This document shows positions 40,251-56,400 of a stretch of 64,000 nucleotides of DNA, piece after piece. Position 1 is the first letter of the stretch. The number at the start of each line of letters is the position of its first letter. The translations under genes and the position numbers were made by a program. The notes beneath the pieces were generated by a model. That model did not search any database and had not been told where the DNA came from. It worked only from the letters and a program-made list of their open reading frames with translations. The stretch is from positions 9,558,698 to 9,622,697 of the forward strand of contig OZ037765.1 of assembly GCA_964035545.1 (NCBI GenBank). The letters are read 5' to 3'. This stretch comes from Bugula neritina. Taxonomy: Eukaryota; Animalia; Bryozoa.

Positions 40251-43200
40251 GTCACATTAAGTCAGGTTAGCCAAGTCATGTTCAGTCAAATTGTAGTTCA
40301 AGTCAATTAAAGCAAAGACTTGAGTTGAATTAAATTAAAAGCAATGATCAAGTATGTAGTGCTTATTTAAATATTTTCATTCATTAGACAAAAAGTTTTC
40401 AAGCATGCATTTAGTAGTTCAGTTTATTAAAATAGTTCCAAATTTAGGAATTGCAAATACTAAATGTAGTGATTATTGGAATCAACAGTTAGGTGAAGAG
40501 ATGTAGATTTCTGAGCAGCTTGGGTTTATTTTTTTTGTTTAGGTTTAAAGCATGGTGGCTTTGTTTAATAGTTCATTGGTTTGTGCTTTTTTAATTTAAA
40601 ATAAATTGACTCAAAGTTTGTGTATTTAATGAATTTAATCTAGCAAAATAAGGGCAGAAGCGGTAATTAAATTGTCATTGGGCATGAACACTGACTCAAA
40701 GTTTTCCATATTAATTTACATTTTAATTCAGCTGGCACAATTGCAAAGAGAAGATAACTTTGTACAGATTGCATAGTAGTGTGTGGTTTTCCTTCGATGT
40801 AATCTGTACAGATTCATTCGCCTTCATGGAAATGCAGTGATAGTCTGCAAAAATTAGCTTACTATTCAATTTAGAATTAGAACAAAACCGAAATTTGTTT
40901 GGAGCAAGTATAAATTATTATCAATCTGTTTGAGTAAGCACCATCTGATGAAATATAAATGTATCTCTCAGTTTTAATTATTGAAAGAATCTTGCTCAAC
41001 TTATTCTTGAACACATTTTTAGTGGAATGATATAATAAGAATATTTAGAGCTGGAATGCCAATTGGACGGCACTGGAAGCAGCTACGACCTTACGATGAC
41101 TGTTTTGTAGCTAGCGAGGCTGTTGATTGGTTGTTTGAGGTTCTTCAGCACCGCCATGATTCTAGCCCTAAACTTACCAGGTATTATTATACACACAATA
41201 TACTATTGTACATCATTGTACTAAAGAGAAGTCAGGGCTAGTGTTTGAAGATGCTGGCTGCTCTAGTATGACACATGCATTAGCAGGGCCATAATATAAT
41301 ACATGCATTCACCTTGTGGCTAAAACCCAGCAGGGGATACCAGTTGTAACATCTAAGGAATAGTTAACTCAGTGTTATGTTTAATGCCATGTTGTATTCA
41401 TTAGCACATTCATAAAGCACCTACAGTTGTTGGCTAATTATAAATTGTATATATTGTTGTTTTTGAAATGAATGGTATTGTAACTACATTAAATTGGGTT
41501 AGTCATTAGTGTATTCGGAAACCTTGAAATACACATTTAGGAGCAGTAGGAGAAAAATTGAGATATTAAGTTTTGATTTGGGGTGCAAGTTGCAATTCTT
41601 TAGAGAAGATAACTTCTTTTGCTACATTTCTAATTTAGAACACAGGCTTTTCTCAATTTCTCCATTACTGCACCTACATCTTGAAATACCCCTTTTCCCT
41701 AGTTATATTTTATATACATATATACAGGAAGCTAGAAGGTTTATTCATTTCAACATATACTGCTAGCTGTATATTATTACATTTCCTGCACTTGGTGCAA
41801 CTTCACTGACTACACAGTAAACATCAACGAGGTTATTTTTAAATGTTTATTGATGTTAACTTATTCATCTACAGACCGCAGGTATTGAAGCTGCTACAAA
41901 AGTTTCATCGCAGCAACTACATCGTAGATGTGAGAGGTCATAAGTACGACTCTGAGGTGTTTGAAGAAAATGGCAGGCTGTTTAGGTAATGTTGGTATTT
42001 CCTTTTGCCTTGACAATTTTTATTAATGAAAATCTTGTTTAGTATGAGAATTATTATTGTGTCATGGTAAGAACTTCTTGTAGCCGTTACTGTTATATTA
42101 ACCAATAATAAGCTGGTCCATGTTATGAAACATAGTATTGTAATTTGTAGTTAAAGTTCACTTACTCCCTATTCGAGTTATGTACACTCTGATATTTCTG
42201 CAGGGCTAAAGCTTTGCTAGAACATCATCAATTGCACTCGCACACGAACATACACTGTATATATTGTGAATTTACTATTTGCTTTACTAGATTCGTCGCT
42301 CTCTCTCCCATTAAAACTCCGCAGTGGCCACGTATGAAGACTGTTTCCATGCCAAGGGATCCCCCCTACATTGCTGGCCTAGACAAGGTGAAAACAGGAG
42401 ATATTTTCCAAGAACAAGGATCCTCTTCGAAACTCACCGCTTTAAAATCAACTGAAAACAAAGAGAATGCATCAAGGCAAGAACTGCACTCAGTCCAAGC
42501 CAACGGAAAACAGACGGTCAAGGAGTTTAATGTGGATGTTTTGTGGAAAACTACTGTACTTCGATGGTATGAATTAAGATATTAGTTTTTTCTATTATGA
42601 GTTTCGTTTCATTGAGAAACATTCTTCAAAATTCCGATCATACTTTTGTTTAAACATTTTTTATATTTAATTTTAGGCTCGAGGATACGCTACTCATAGA
42701 CGGTATTCAGAACACGTCTGCATTGAAATACCAGTATGTTAAACACAACATGACTGTACTGCATAAGAATGGCTATGTCACAGGTTTCAAAAGAGAAGAT
42801 TTGCCTCCTGCCTGGATCATTACGGCTATGCGCTACCTTGATAGATGTAATTATATTTCAGATACCCTTAAATTTTGTTTGTCGTCACTCCACAGTGTGT
42901 AAAATAAGATAAAGGAATGTTTCTTCAGCTAGTTGTAGAGCTAATTTAAAATTAATTATACATTTTTCTGACGCAATTCAGGGCCAGAGCAGGATGGCAC
43001 GTCTCCAAACTATGAAGGATTCGAAAAAGATGTGTTTGGAATGATTAAAGAATATTTTGACTCACTGAAGGCTCCACTCATACCATTTGATATCTATTTA
43101 CTTTTGTTGGAAGTTTTCAGTAAGTTCATACGTCTATATCTGGTGCAAGAGTGTCATAGTGTAACTGTTATCTAGGTTATTGAAGCAACCTATATCTGGT

Positions 43201-46200
43201 ACAATGATGTAGTTAGTATAAGTGTTTTTTTACTGTTGGAACAACTGATTACTGAGTTTCCAAACTATGACTACGTAACTAGTAACCACATTTATGTGTA
43301 TTGACAATTTCTTTCTTGCTTGCAAAATAACATCAATCTGCAATAAATTGTTTCCTCTGCCATCTAGTAGTCGCCTTCCTCCCAAAGCTGGTAAAAACAT
43401 CAACGGAGTGTACATACACTACATTAATTGTCACTTACATATAATTCTAGTGATTGGTCTGTGTTTTTGTAAACAGTACAAATTTTCTCATTCAGTTTCT
43501 GTATATATTACATAGAACTAGCAACTGCATCTCAGCCATCGCCCATAGAGTCTAAAATAACCCGAGTATTGCATGTGTCTGAAACAACTCCAAAAATCCG
43601 CCGATCCCTTCCTGCTCAGAAATCTGGCTCATATCTTAATAACTCTGGTGAGGGTCTTCGCTTATCACTTAGTCTGCAACACGCTTTATATAACGCATGT
43701 CATAGACACATTTCAAAAAAGATATTGGCAAATTGTTTCCATATGTGATCAACTGTTTACAATTACTGTATTTTCTCAGAAACAGTTGCACCAATTCATC
43801 CACCGAGTCATAGTTATGAAGGTGCAGGTCTGCGAGCAAGCATTCGCCATCGAGACATGATGGTTGTATATGATGAACAACCGCGTCCTACCAAATCTTT
43901 ACACCATCCTAATCTATCTGAAAGAAATATGAAAAGGTGGAGCACTGCGGCTCTCAATGACAGTTATAAAGATGCTGTTGATATCAATGGAAAACAATCC
44001 AGAGCCACTCACAAAGATGTGTGCAAGTCACTGGATAAAAAAAGCAGGGGCTACAACTCCAGAGCCGTTCCTTGTCAACCACCAGCAAATATACCTCGTT
44101 CTGTCTCGATGTCTCGGCTTTTAGCTGGCCCAAAAGTGGAGACGGCTTTCGTTGGTGATGATGCGTACACAGTTTATCATCATACATCTCGCTCCAGTCA
44201 CAGGTTAGTACTGAGGTAACTCACTCTTGAACTCAGAGCAACTTTGGCTGAAATAATTCTAAATTTTTTGAGACATTCATTATCAAACTCGACTAAATTG
44301 ACATCTACTGCTCTAAATGCTGCTACTACCACCAATATTTAAAAAAATGTAAACTGAACTAAATTTATCCAAAATATAACTCAATAATCTTGTGATTCTA
44401 TTCAAAATTACTTGTTTATTTACATTTTAGTTTTTCACTCTTTTTTATAGGATCTAGGAAGTTATATTTTCAGCTCTTCATTTTATTCATAGTTTATTAC
44501 AATTATTTTGGTTATTATAAAAAACTAACCATGTCGGAGCTTTCTGAATATTATTTTGGAATCTATTCTATTGTTTAAATATATTTTGTTTGAATAAATT
44601 AAAAAAAGACACCACCTTAAAAGCAGAATATAAATGAGATAGACAAAAGAGAAATAAACTATATTTCAACTATGATCCAGTAGTTTTAATTTTAACCTTC
44701 AAAGTTTGAAGTTTAGAAATAATTATTATGGAGTAATCTCAGCCATTTGTGCACAATCACTAGTTTTGGGTTTGTGTGCAGTTTAGCTCTCACCTTAACA
44801 TTTGTCTCATTTAAATGTAAAAGTATAGTCAATGTTGAGAATTTTCTTTTGCCTTTGTAGAACAAATAACCAGAAGCCAACCTATGTTCCAAGGGCACAT
44901 TCTGTTTATAACTTGTATGATCATGAGACCAAAACTAGCGACACCCACACATTGGTCAAAACATCTAATCTGACCTCTACTAGAGCCAAGTCAGAAAAAT
45001 GTGTGGCTGCCGCTCTTCCATGTAACCATCTCAACTCTGGTCATCACTTGCCTCATTTGTATTCTCAACATAACCGGAGAAATCCTCCTTCGGTAATAAA
45101 CGAGCTGCAACAAAAACAACTGTAAGTACAATAATTGGAGTTGTCTTTTGTAATGTTTATGACATGTGATGACAGTCATACCTGTAGCCAAGTTTGGTTC
45201 CAAGATCTTTTGGAAGTTGATTTATTTTTTTAGCAAGGTAGTGCATGAAACTACAAACAGGAATAATTTATTGCTATGTTGTATAGTATAAGATTAAAGT
45301 TTGTAAACTACAGCTACCTTCATGTGTTGTGACTGAAATAAGACAGCAATTGCCAAGTACAAGCAACAAACGTGCAGGATGTTGATTTTGAGATTAGCTG
45401 AACTGTAGTTTGCAATATATCCGGTTCTAATGTTAACGAAACTAAAATGATTTCAGATGTACAACCCGGTGGACTAGTATTAAAGCAATAAATTCACACT
45501 ATGTTTACTCCTAGCCTTGCAGAAGAAAACACAAAACTTGTTGAAGTGTATTGATTTATTTCCTGCTATGTAGTAGTAAAACACTTGTAGTAATTTTACT
45601 TACAATATATTATGTGTGTATAGATATTGTTTCAATGTAAACACAAACAGTTTTGTCTTTTTAGCTATAACTCAGAACTAGGGCAGCGGTCTGCCCACCA
45701 GCCCAACCCAGCTAGCTACCAAGACACTGGCTCTATTAGGCTGCAATGTCACAGTTCACCATACACACTTGAAGACAGTGCCGTGCATTACGGTAATCTC
45801 TCATAACATTCTATGCTTATATAAATGAGTTGGATTTATGTGCACAATTCCAAATTGTGTCATGTAGTCTAGTCTAAGCAGCTGAAACTGAAGCTTCGGG
45901 CAGCAAATTACATTTTACATAGTACTACGTCACGGGGTTGGTTTTATCTAGATTATTTGTTTGCGTCTCACTGATGCATTACTAATCAAACTGTTGTAGT
46001 ATAATGTTTATTAAATAGCAAGCCGTTATACTATGTGCAGTAAGTTAGTGCTCAAGCTCTGAATTTGTTTGCAAGTGAGTGTTGTATGCAAGTTACAAAA
46101 TTGAAATTCATTATTATATTTGGTTATATCAAATTGTCAAAACAGCTTGCCTAGGTTGGTTATGTTCTAGAAATCAATTTTTTATATAATCGTAATAAAA

Positions 46201-48915
46201 ACAATTTATTATTAGTTAAAAATAAATTAGCACAGTCATTTAAAACAAGAATGGCAAACATGCCTAGGAAACATCTATAAGAAAAGAAATTTGATAATGA
46301 TTTTGTCACTAATAACACTTATTGTTAACGGCAAACACGTTTTTCTGTATTTTTGTGTCATTTTTAATTATCTCAATACTTTGGGTTGCTATTGTTTAAC
46401 TTGACTCATCTTGGCTTGTTATCACTAAGTACTTTAGCGATACATAAGACAAGTCTAGGATAATTAATTGCTATAACAATATGTCAGCCAAGTTAGGGTT
46501 TCAGGGCCACTGCATCTTGTAGCAGCACTTATACTAAACAATACATCTTATAGGATTGTTTCAAGAAAATGAGCAACGCCTGACCAAATCTCTGCAGCTT
46601 ATTCTTCTCTTTCTCCCTCCTTCCAACAGACGGGTCTTACACATGGTACTGAGGCTACTTCATAAGCTTAGTAACAACAAGCAATTGGTGCTCGATGAGA
46701 ATAAATCTAACAAAGCTTTGGTAAGGCACACCATGATAGTTTGAGATTTTTCATGCATGTGTTATGAACATGAATTGTCATTATCTGGATGACTATTTGC
46801 AACATGAGTTTTTTTTACAGTTTCACCTCAAGAGAGCATGGTGGTGAAATTATTTATTATTGTTTGGGTTCTATAACTGGTTAGATGCACTAAAACGGCT
46901 AATCTTGAATTTTGTTCACATCAGAAAAAACACTGTTTACATCAGAAGCCAATAAATTTCACCAAAATTTAAACTAGCTAATTTTTCTGGCTTAAAAAAT
47001 TGAATTAACTACATTAGTAATGTGCAGTTCTAGACAACTGCATAATGTTTAGTATATTCAAATTACTGTCAATATAATATCTGCGAAATAATTGTAGAAG
47101 GTGGAAGCTGATGTAAGTTTATGAATATTGTTTACTTATTTCTAACTGTCTGTCTATATTGCACACCTAACACCGCAATATTATTGTGAATATGTATATA
47201 AACATTACTCTCTGTGTGCATGTTACTTACACCAAGTCCTACAACTTTATCTGTACATTATACTTTGTGTCATTTGCATGCTACATTGAACAGCTTGTTC
47301 TATTGTGTACATGGAACCACTGACAATTTAAATTTTAATCATTCTTGGTTGTCTTGTGTTAATAAAAGTAATTTATAACTGCTTAGAATTTGAATCTAAA
47401 ATTACAATGTAAAATTGTGACATTCACGTGTGATGAAATGGGAATAACAGTTGCAATTTTGGTTTGTGTGTGTCTAGTTTTTGGTTTTTATTGTTTCTCT
47501 CAAAGCAGCTAAGTTTTGACAGTTTATATTATCTACTCTAGAGCTGTACACCTTTATTTTGCCCAGCACAGTGTTGCTAATGTAATTACTAAATTTGGAA
47601 TCATTATGGTGATGTATGCATTTTGATATACAGGTAATAGCATCATTTAGATGCTCCATTCTGCGTGCAGAGAATGGTAGAGATGAGGATATTGGTGTAT
47701 CTAGTAAGTTGCTGAGACATCTGGTAAACTTCTATGATGATATCCTGGCTGTTCCTACATACTTAAAGCAAGACATAGAAAGACAGATTATCAAAGAGAA
47801 TGAAGCTAACAAGCCAAAGGTACTGTACTTGCACAATACTCTACATCCATGAACGTTGTATTAGTATGAAATATGTGCGCTTGTTATAGAAACAGGTTCA
47901 TAGCAATTGAGTGTGTAACAATGTGCTTAGTAAAAGTTTTTGCGTCATTGACGACTCTGCGATAAAAACATCCATTAAGGCTATTGAGTGCAGAGAGATA
48001 AATTTTTGCTTTGTTTAGGTTTGTAAATTTAGGTACAGAGTGAGCTTTATTTTATAATCAATCATCACATAGCAAACTTCAGCTCTTTTCATTAGACTGA
48101 ATTTATATATTCTCCATACTTTGTTATGTAGGCTCCCTGTCCTGTAGTTCTCAGGAGTCGAACTAACTTAAATGAGGAACAAGATAAATCTCAGCAACTC
48201 TTGGAAGTTCCACCCAAGGCTGTGGACAGACTGGGTATCACTCCAAATAAAGTGTTCTGTAAGCAAGTGACATCAGAAGAATATAAAACACAGGCCACAC
48301 AGATATTTGATGTATGTATCCAGTCTCAATGATTTTGTATTTTGACATTTAACAAGAGTATACAAACACAGTCTTCTTGATCCTATTTTAAACATATATA
48401 ATTATTAATCTTTGTATTATATTATAATGCCCATGCACTGTTGCATTACAGCCCTTCTTCTCATGTTCACACAATGGCACACATTGCCTTATAAAATTAA
48501 AATCACTGCTATTTGGAGCTTGCACTTCTGTTAAATTTATTAGCGCTTATTTTGTCTTCATATTTCTATTTTAGTCTAGCATGAAAGACCTGTTGAACAA
48601 CATTGTTGGTGACACAAAAATGAGTGCTAAAGAGAAAACCAGAAAATTGAAACAGGTAGGAAAAAGTAGAAAATATTGAGCAATGTATTGTAACTTGATT
48701 TATAATTGCCATACATTCTATTAAAACACAACTGTCCGACACAAACAATGTTGCAATAATTTTAGTTTGAAAGGATGTATCCGAAGATATTTGCCGAGAA
48801 ATTTCCAACTCAGGAATCGCTGAAGAGAGCTATTGATGATTGTGAAAGAAGGCAACCTAAAATTAAACCTGCTTTGCTTCCAGGGCCAAAGAGCTTACTA
48901 AGAAAACTTAGATGA
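39463..48915 (+). CDS. DEPDC1: DEP domain-containing protein 1 (DEPDC1A/B-like; DEP plus split RhoGAP-like domain)
   Basis: Exons 39463-39516, 41023-41180, 41875-41985, 42291-42566, 42677-42846, 42982-43119, 43516-43647, 43780-44203 (alt. 44215), 44861-45122, 45665-45792, 46554-46720, 47634-47819, 48132-48311, 48575-48655, 48766-48915. GPYKATKL|WNDIIRIFRAGMP..CFVASEAVDWL, YEGFEKDVF, LQLILLFLPPSNRRVLHMVLRLL, FCKQVTSEEY, KLKQFERMYPKIFAEKFPT. Central low-complexity exons are less certain. Confidence 0.93.
41540..41675. mobile_element. MITE family A copy 3, TA-flanked
   Basis: TA|ggagcagtaggagaaaatt ... aatttctccattactgcacc|TA in DEPDC1 intron 2. A lone terminal fragment (taggtgcagtaatagaga) also occurs at 49679. 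Confidence 0.85.
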
Positions 48916-50028
48916 TTATTACAATTATTATAGCATGCTATATTTTCTTTCAATTGGTCAGTCTTGTTATTAGACTTCCTGCTAGTCAATATATTTTAGT
49001 TCTATCTCTAACAGTGTATACATTAAAATTTATTTATATTTCCTAGTCTATTTAGATGCCTAGTCAGATATTGTAGTGCAATATTAAGTACAAGCTGCAA
49101 TATGGTAATGTTGTAGTAATATATAACAGCAGTTGTTGTATATTGTAAATTAAGTAGTTTTTTTACCTACTGATAATATTGTCTCAAATTTTGTATATAA
49201 TGTTAATTATATTCATTTTATTGCTCTAAGTTTTGGTAGTACTCATTTTGAATAAACTAAACTAATTATTCAATTTTTTCAGATATATATATGTTATGCT
49301 GGACAGTCAGTTTAAGCACATTACGAGTCAAACACTAGGAAATTATGCTTTGATACTCAAGAGGAAAATATAAAAATTAACATTTAACAATGTTCTCTAT
49401 TGCTAGAAAAATCTGATGTAACACTTTCTTGATATTTTAATATCTCAATTCTCAGCATTCTATAATTTATCAGTTTCTTTTCTAGTTTCAACATTTCACG
49501 CATAATGATAAAATCATACGCCACCACAACGATTGCAGTACATAATGCATGTGAAAGTATTGAGGGGCTCCAATTTTGTTACATTGAACCAACTCAAACT
49601 TTAAAGTTTACTCATACTGATTTTCATAAACTTAACAAGCTCTTAGAAATTATTATTGCCCACTTCATAAAATACAGCTAGGTGCAGTAATAGAGATTTT
49701 TGAAAAAAAAATTCGTTGCAGAGACAATATTTTGTTGAAAGCCATTGTATTGTGTTGGAATATACAATAGCCAAAGGTGATTGATAGCAATCCATTTAAG
49801 CTTTATATTATATAATATGATAACGTACACCGAGCTGGAAAAGAATATTATTGAGTTTATTGATAACGTATATGCCCTTTAACCCTTTGCTACAACTATA
49901 ATTTAATTGGATCCGAAGGCTGCATAAGTGCCTAATAACATTCTTCAACCAATAAGGTCCTCAACTTTATAATTTATGAATAATAGTGAGCTGTAAACCG
50001 GATGCACGTCTTGCCACAAAACCTAGAC

Positions 50029-52082
<2,054 letters not shown>

Positions 52083-52090
52083 ACCTAGAC

Positions 52091-52990
52091 TATGATCGAT
52101 GATCATAACTATAATAATTATTAGACGTGTTGTAGTATCACTCAGCTATGATCATGGGGATGTAAATATAACTTTGGTCGGAATATCAACATGATTCATA
52201 AGCATACATAAGTATGAGTATTGCTATATTCGTTGATTAAAGTAATTAAAGTTAATTATCATTAACTAATAGTAATACTAATGGTAATAATTTAAGTTTA
52301 AGTAATTATCATTATGATTATGAGTATCAGTATGAGTATAATCATCATGATTATAATATTATTATTATAGCCTATAGGTCAGGACAGATACTCAGATAGG
52401 TCATAAAAATAATATAAATAATCATAATGGTAATGATATTGATAATTATAATGAATTACTATTACTATTGACATTGTTATTACTGTAAAGTGCATTGCTA
52501 TTACTATTAGTATTACTATTACTAATACTATTAGTATTAGTATTACTATTATTATTAACCTTTGGATATCAATAATTCATTCAATATGATAATTCACATT
52601 TTTAATTTTGTTATATTTTTATTGATAAGCGTAAAATCTTCATTAAATTAATGCTAGTAGTAATACTAATACTATTAATAATTTAAATTTCAATCTCAAA
52701 AATATATAGCTCTATGAGTATGACTAAAAGTAGCCTAATACTAATAGCTAATAACACTAACTATAAGTATAAGTATACCTGTTGTTAATTATTATTATAT
52801 TCAGTTTCACAACCACACTGACACTCATAGTTATATCACTTATGTCTTAGGCTTATTCCTTATGTCTATAGGCTATAACTATAAGTGTAGGTGATACCTT
52901 TCCTAGCTTACTACAGACAGGCTAACCAGGCCTGTTTTGAATTTAGTGTAAATTATTTTACGATGTATATTCACTGACTATGATTAAAAT
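52091..52990. repeat. Cryptic 6-bp periodic domain 4, upstream of LMBRD2
   Basis: attatg attatg agtatc agtatg agtata atcatc; attact attagt attact attact aatact attagt attagt. Confidence 0.7.
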
Positions 52991-53493
52991 GTGGCACATC
53001 CCTTCTACTCTCTAACATTTTCTAAGTTTAGTTGTTATATAAAAATGTAAACTTTGCAATAAATTTTCTATTTCACAACATAAATTTGCTAGGAATTTTG
53101 TAGATAAAAAACATTTCGTGGTAAATTTAACAAAAAAAACTTAATTTATTTGTCTGGTGAATTGATTTATCATGATAATTAATGTAGACTTGCAAATCAG
53201 TGTATTCTAGAAAAGTGCATGTAAGTTAGGCCTGTATAACTGCAGCAATGATTATTGTTTTATAAAAGTCATTAGCCAAAATTGATTATAAATGATTGCT
53301 TTTTGTAAAACTTGATTTGGAGTTGACATAAATTTGCTGAGTTTATCGTACTTTTTTATTGTAATTTTATTGGGTTGTAACTTCTCATTTAAAAATTTAC
53401 TTTTGAGATTTTTATATTTTTTAAAGGTGAAAGTATGGCTACTTGGCTACAACCTGGCGTTTTTTGACAAAGCAACATTCACGGATGAGAAAA

Positions 53494-56400
53494 ATGGCTG
53501 ATCACTTTGCCGTTTTTGTGCTTGGCTTGCTGGCCGTATTTGCTGTTTCACTCTTTACTTTGTATTCCTACTCAAACATTAGAAAACAGCATGTGATGGT
53601 GACAGTTGCCACTCTGATTGCTTGGTATTCTTCGTTTATTATAGTATTTATACTTCCACTTGATATTTCTGCAGTAAGTATATTTATTTTATTAAATTGT
53701 TTATATAAATACAGGGTGACTTATAATGAACTTTGTCATTTCTTTTCAATGCAAATCTTTTCCATTTACTGTTTAAGAGACAAAATGTAATTTATATGTG
53801 AACCCTTGACAATTGCTATATTTCTACTTCTGCTCTGTTATTTTTCTTATTTGATTAGATTTGGTTTTGTAACTCTGAAATAAATAAAATTCAAACTCTA
53901 CAAATTTTAAGTCTGTATTCTTTTTGTAGACAAAATATAAACAGTGTCAAGGGGACTACAACTGCTCATTAGAAAATTCAAATAGTATCCACGAAACAGA
54001 TTCTCGACATGGATTATTAGCAAACATGACAAGTATATAGCATTTAACAGCTTCTTACTCTGAATTTACTCTGTTTTGCCATTCAACTTATTCAGAAATG
54101 TTTTTTCTTTAATAATTTTGTCACTCTCCTTACAGCTGTGTCAAGCCCATCATCATGTCCGTGTGTAGAGCCTTGGTCATGGGTTCCCCAAACTGTGCTC
54201 TCTGTTTTCTGGAAGATTGTTTATTGGGGTGCACAAGTTCTTACATGGTCAGTAAATATTTTCTTTGTTTATTTCAAGTTTTTTAACAACTAATAGTTTA
54301 ATCTTGTATTAATAGATTAATACGCTCCAGTTATAAGTGACTCATAGAATGAAATGTTTGATAAGTTATACCAATCGATGTTATTCTATTTGATTATATG
54401 TTAATTATTTAGTGAATTTTTATCACTCTGGTGGTATATAATTTTTTGTATTTTGTTGTAGGCTAGTCTTACCAATAATGAATTCTTATGCCAGTGCAGG
54501 AGAGTTTACTGTGATTGGTAAACTGAAGTCGGCTATTATAGCTAATCTGATATACTACGCAACATATGTGGTCATATTCTGTATATGTCTCATATATCTA
54601 GCCACTCGACCATCTGTACCTATAGACTTGTGAGTAGAACAGTTGTTGATATTTTTCATGCATGAGTTTATCAAATTGTTAGTAGGCTACTTGTTTAAAG
54701 TTTATAAGTTGAAGTATCTTTAAATGAGTTTATGACAAGATAAATAAGGAATACTGATGGGTTTCTATAAGTTAATTGAAGATTAAACATCTTGCTGTTT
54801 TACAAATCAAATCCTTCAAAAATATAATTTCTATAATTTTAGAGAAAATTTAAAAGTTATTGGAATAACAGCTAGTAACACTTGGGGCTTGTTTCTTCTC
54901 GTTTTGCTGTACGGATACGGCCTGGTTGATATACCGAGAAGTATATGGCAATCATCACACACTCTCTATATGCTTCAACAAACCTATTTCAAAGTTGCAA
55001 AAGTCACCATGGAATATTCTGAGGCACAGGAAAAGTACGATGACACTTTAGAAGTAGGTAAAACCTGTATCATCTATTGGTTGTTTGTCACCTCAATTCT
55101 AATTGGTCAACTCTGAGTATCGATGTTGTAGATTTTCAGCATTTTTCTTATTGACTTATTAAACATGGACAGTATGATGCTAATTATTTTATTGTTTTAA
55201 TTGATTCAGATATTTCAATTGAAGATGGCAACTAAATTTTTTTCAATGGTTTATGTAGGATGTTCGACGTAGTGTAGAAGTAATAAAATACAATCATCCA
55301 TTTCGCAAGTACGTGGACACGATACTAAGTAAGTGTCCCGAGGATTTCCGGAGATCATTGCGAAGAAATGATGATTATGTGGACTACAATGAACAAGACT
55401 GTAGCATACCCACAGAGAAATCACTCATCAAGATGCATATAAATGTGATGACAGTGAGTAACGTGCATAACGGTTTTAAATATCAATATTGTAGAGCATT
55501 TATGTTGTGCGTGATCATTGTTTTTGTTGGATAGTTGTTTTATAATCTTTGCCTTTGTGTTTATTATGTTAGTTATCACCATGACTGGTTTCGACTATTA
55601 GATTCACTTACTTTACAATTTCCTTGTTTTATAATTTTTTATTCCACTGAAAACCTTTGAAACTAGTTGATTTATTTTATTTACTTATTTTACTTGGTAA
55701 AATTTTACCCTCAAAAATAAAATTTATCATTATCAATATTGGCATAATTCACAATTACAAAGCCATGCCTTCGAAATATTATATTTTAAAAGTTTTTCAT
55801 TTTTAAAAATTAATCATAAATTATTATTGTGTGAACTTTGCAAAACTAAAGTTGCATAAATTTAACATAATCAATTAAAATGAATATACTCTATTGTTTT
55901 ATTATACCTGGGGTCTCTTTCCTTAGACTATGAGAAATTATACTCGTACCCAAAGCCAAAAAGAGACACTTCTACATAAAGCGATACAATTGGAAGATGA
56001 TATAGCCAATCAAAATTCCAGTAACAGATACTACAAACGTTCAACTGGTGAATACAACGGATATTTAAAGTTTCTATACAGTCCAAGATTGGGTAAGTAA
56101 TTTACACACAGTGTCAAACCAAGGAGATTTGATGTTCTTAGCTATTGATTTTAATTACAGACAACGTAGTGGCTATCTATTTCATACATCGATATAATAT
56201 TGAAAAGTCTTCTATTGTTAGATTTATGCTCTAAAGTCTAAATATTAATTCGTGCTTAAAAATATAGCGTTTTAAATAGAGTTAGTATATGTCTATATTA
56301 TACAGGGTATATGTCATAAAATACTAAACTAACTACATAGCAGTAGATTAAAGATTTATTGAACTTAGCAGTATTAAGTGTGTTTTAATCTGCTACTTCA

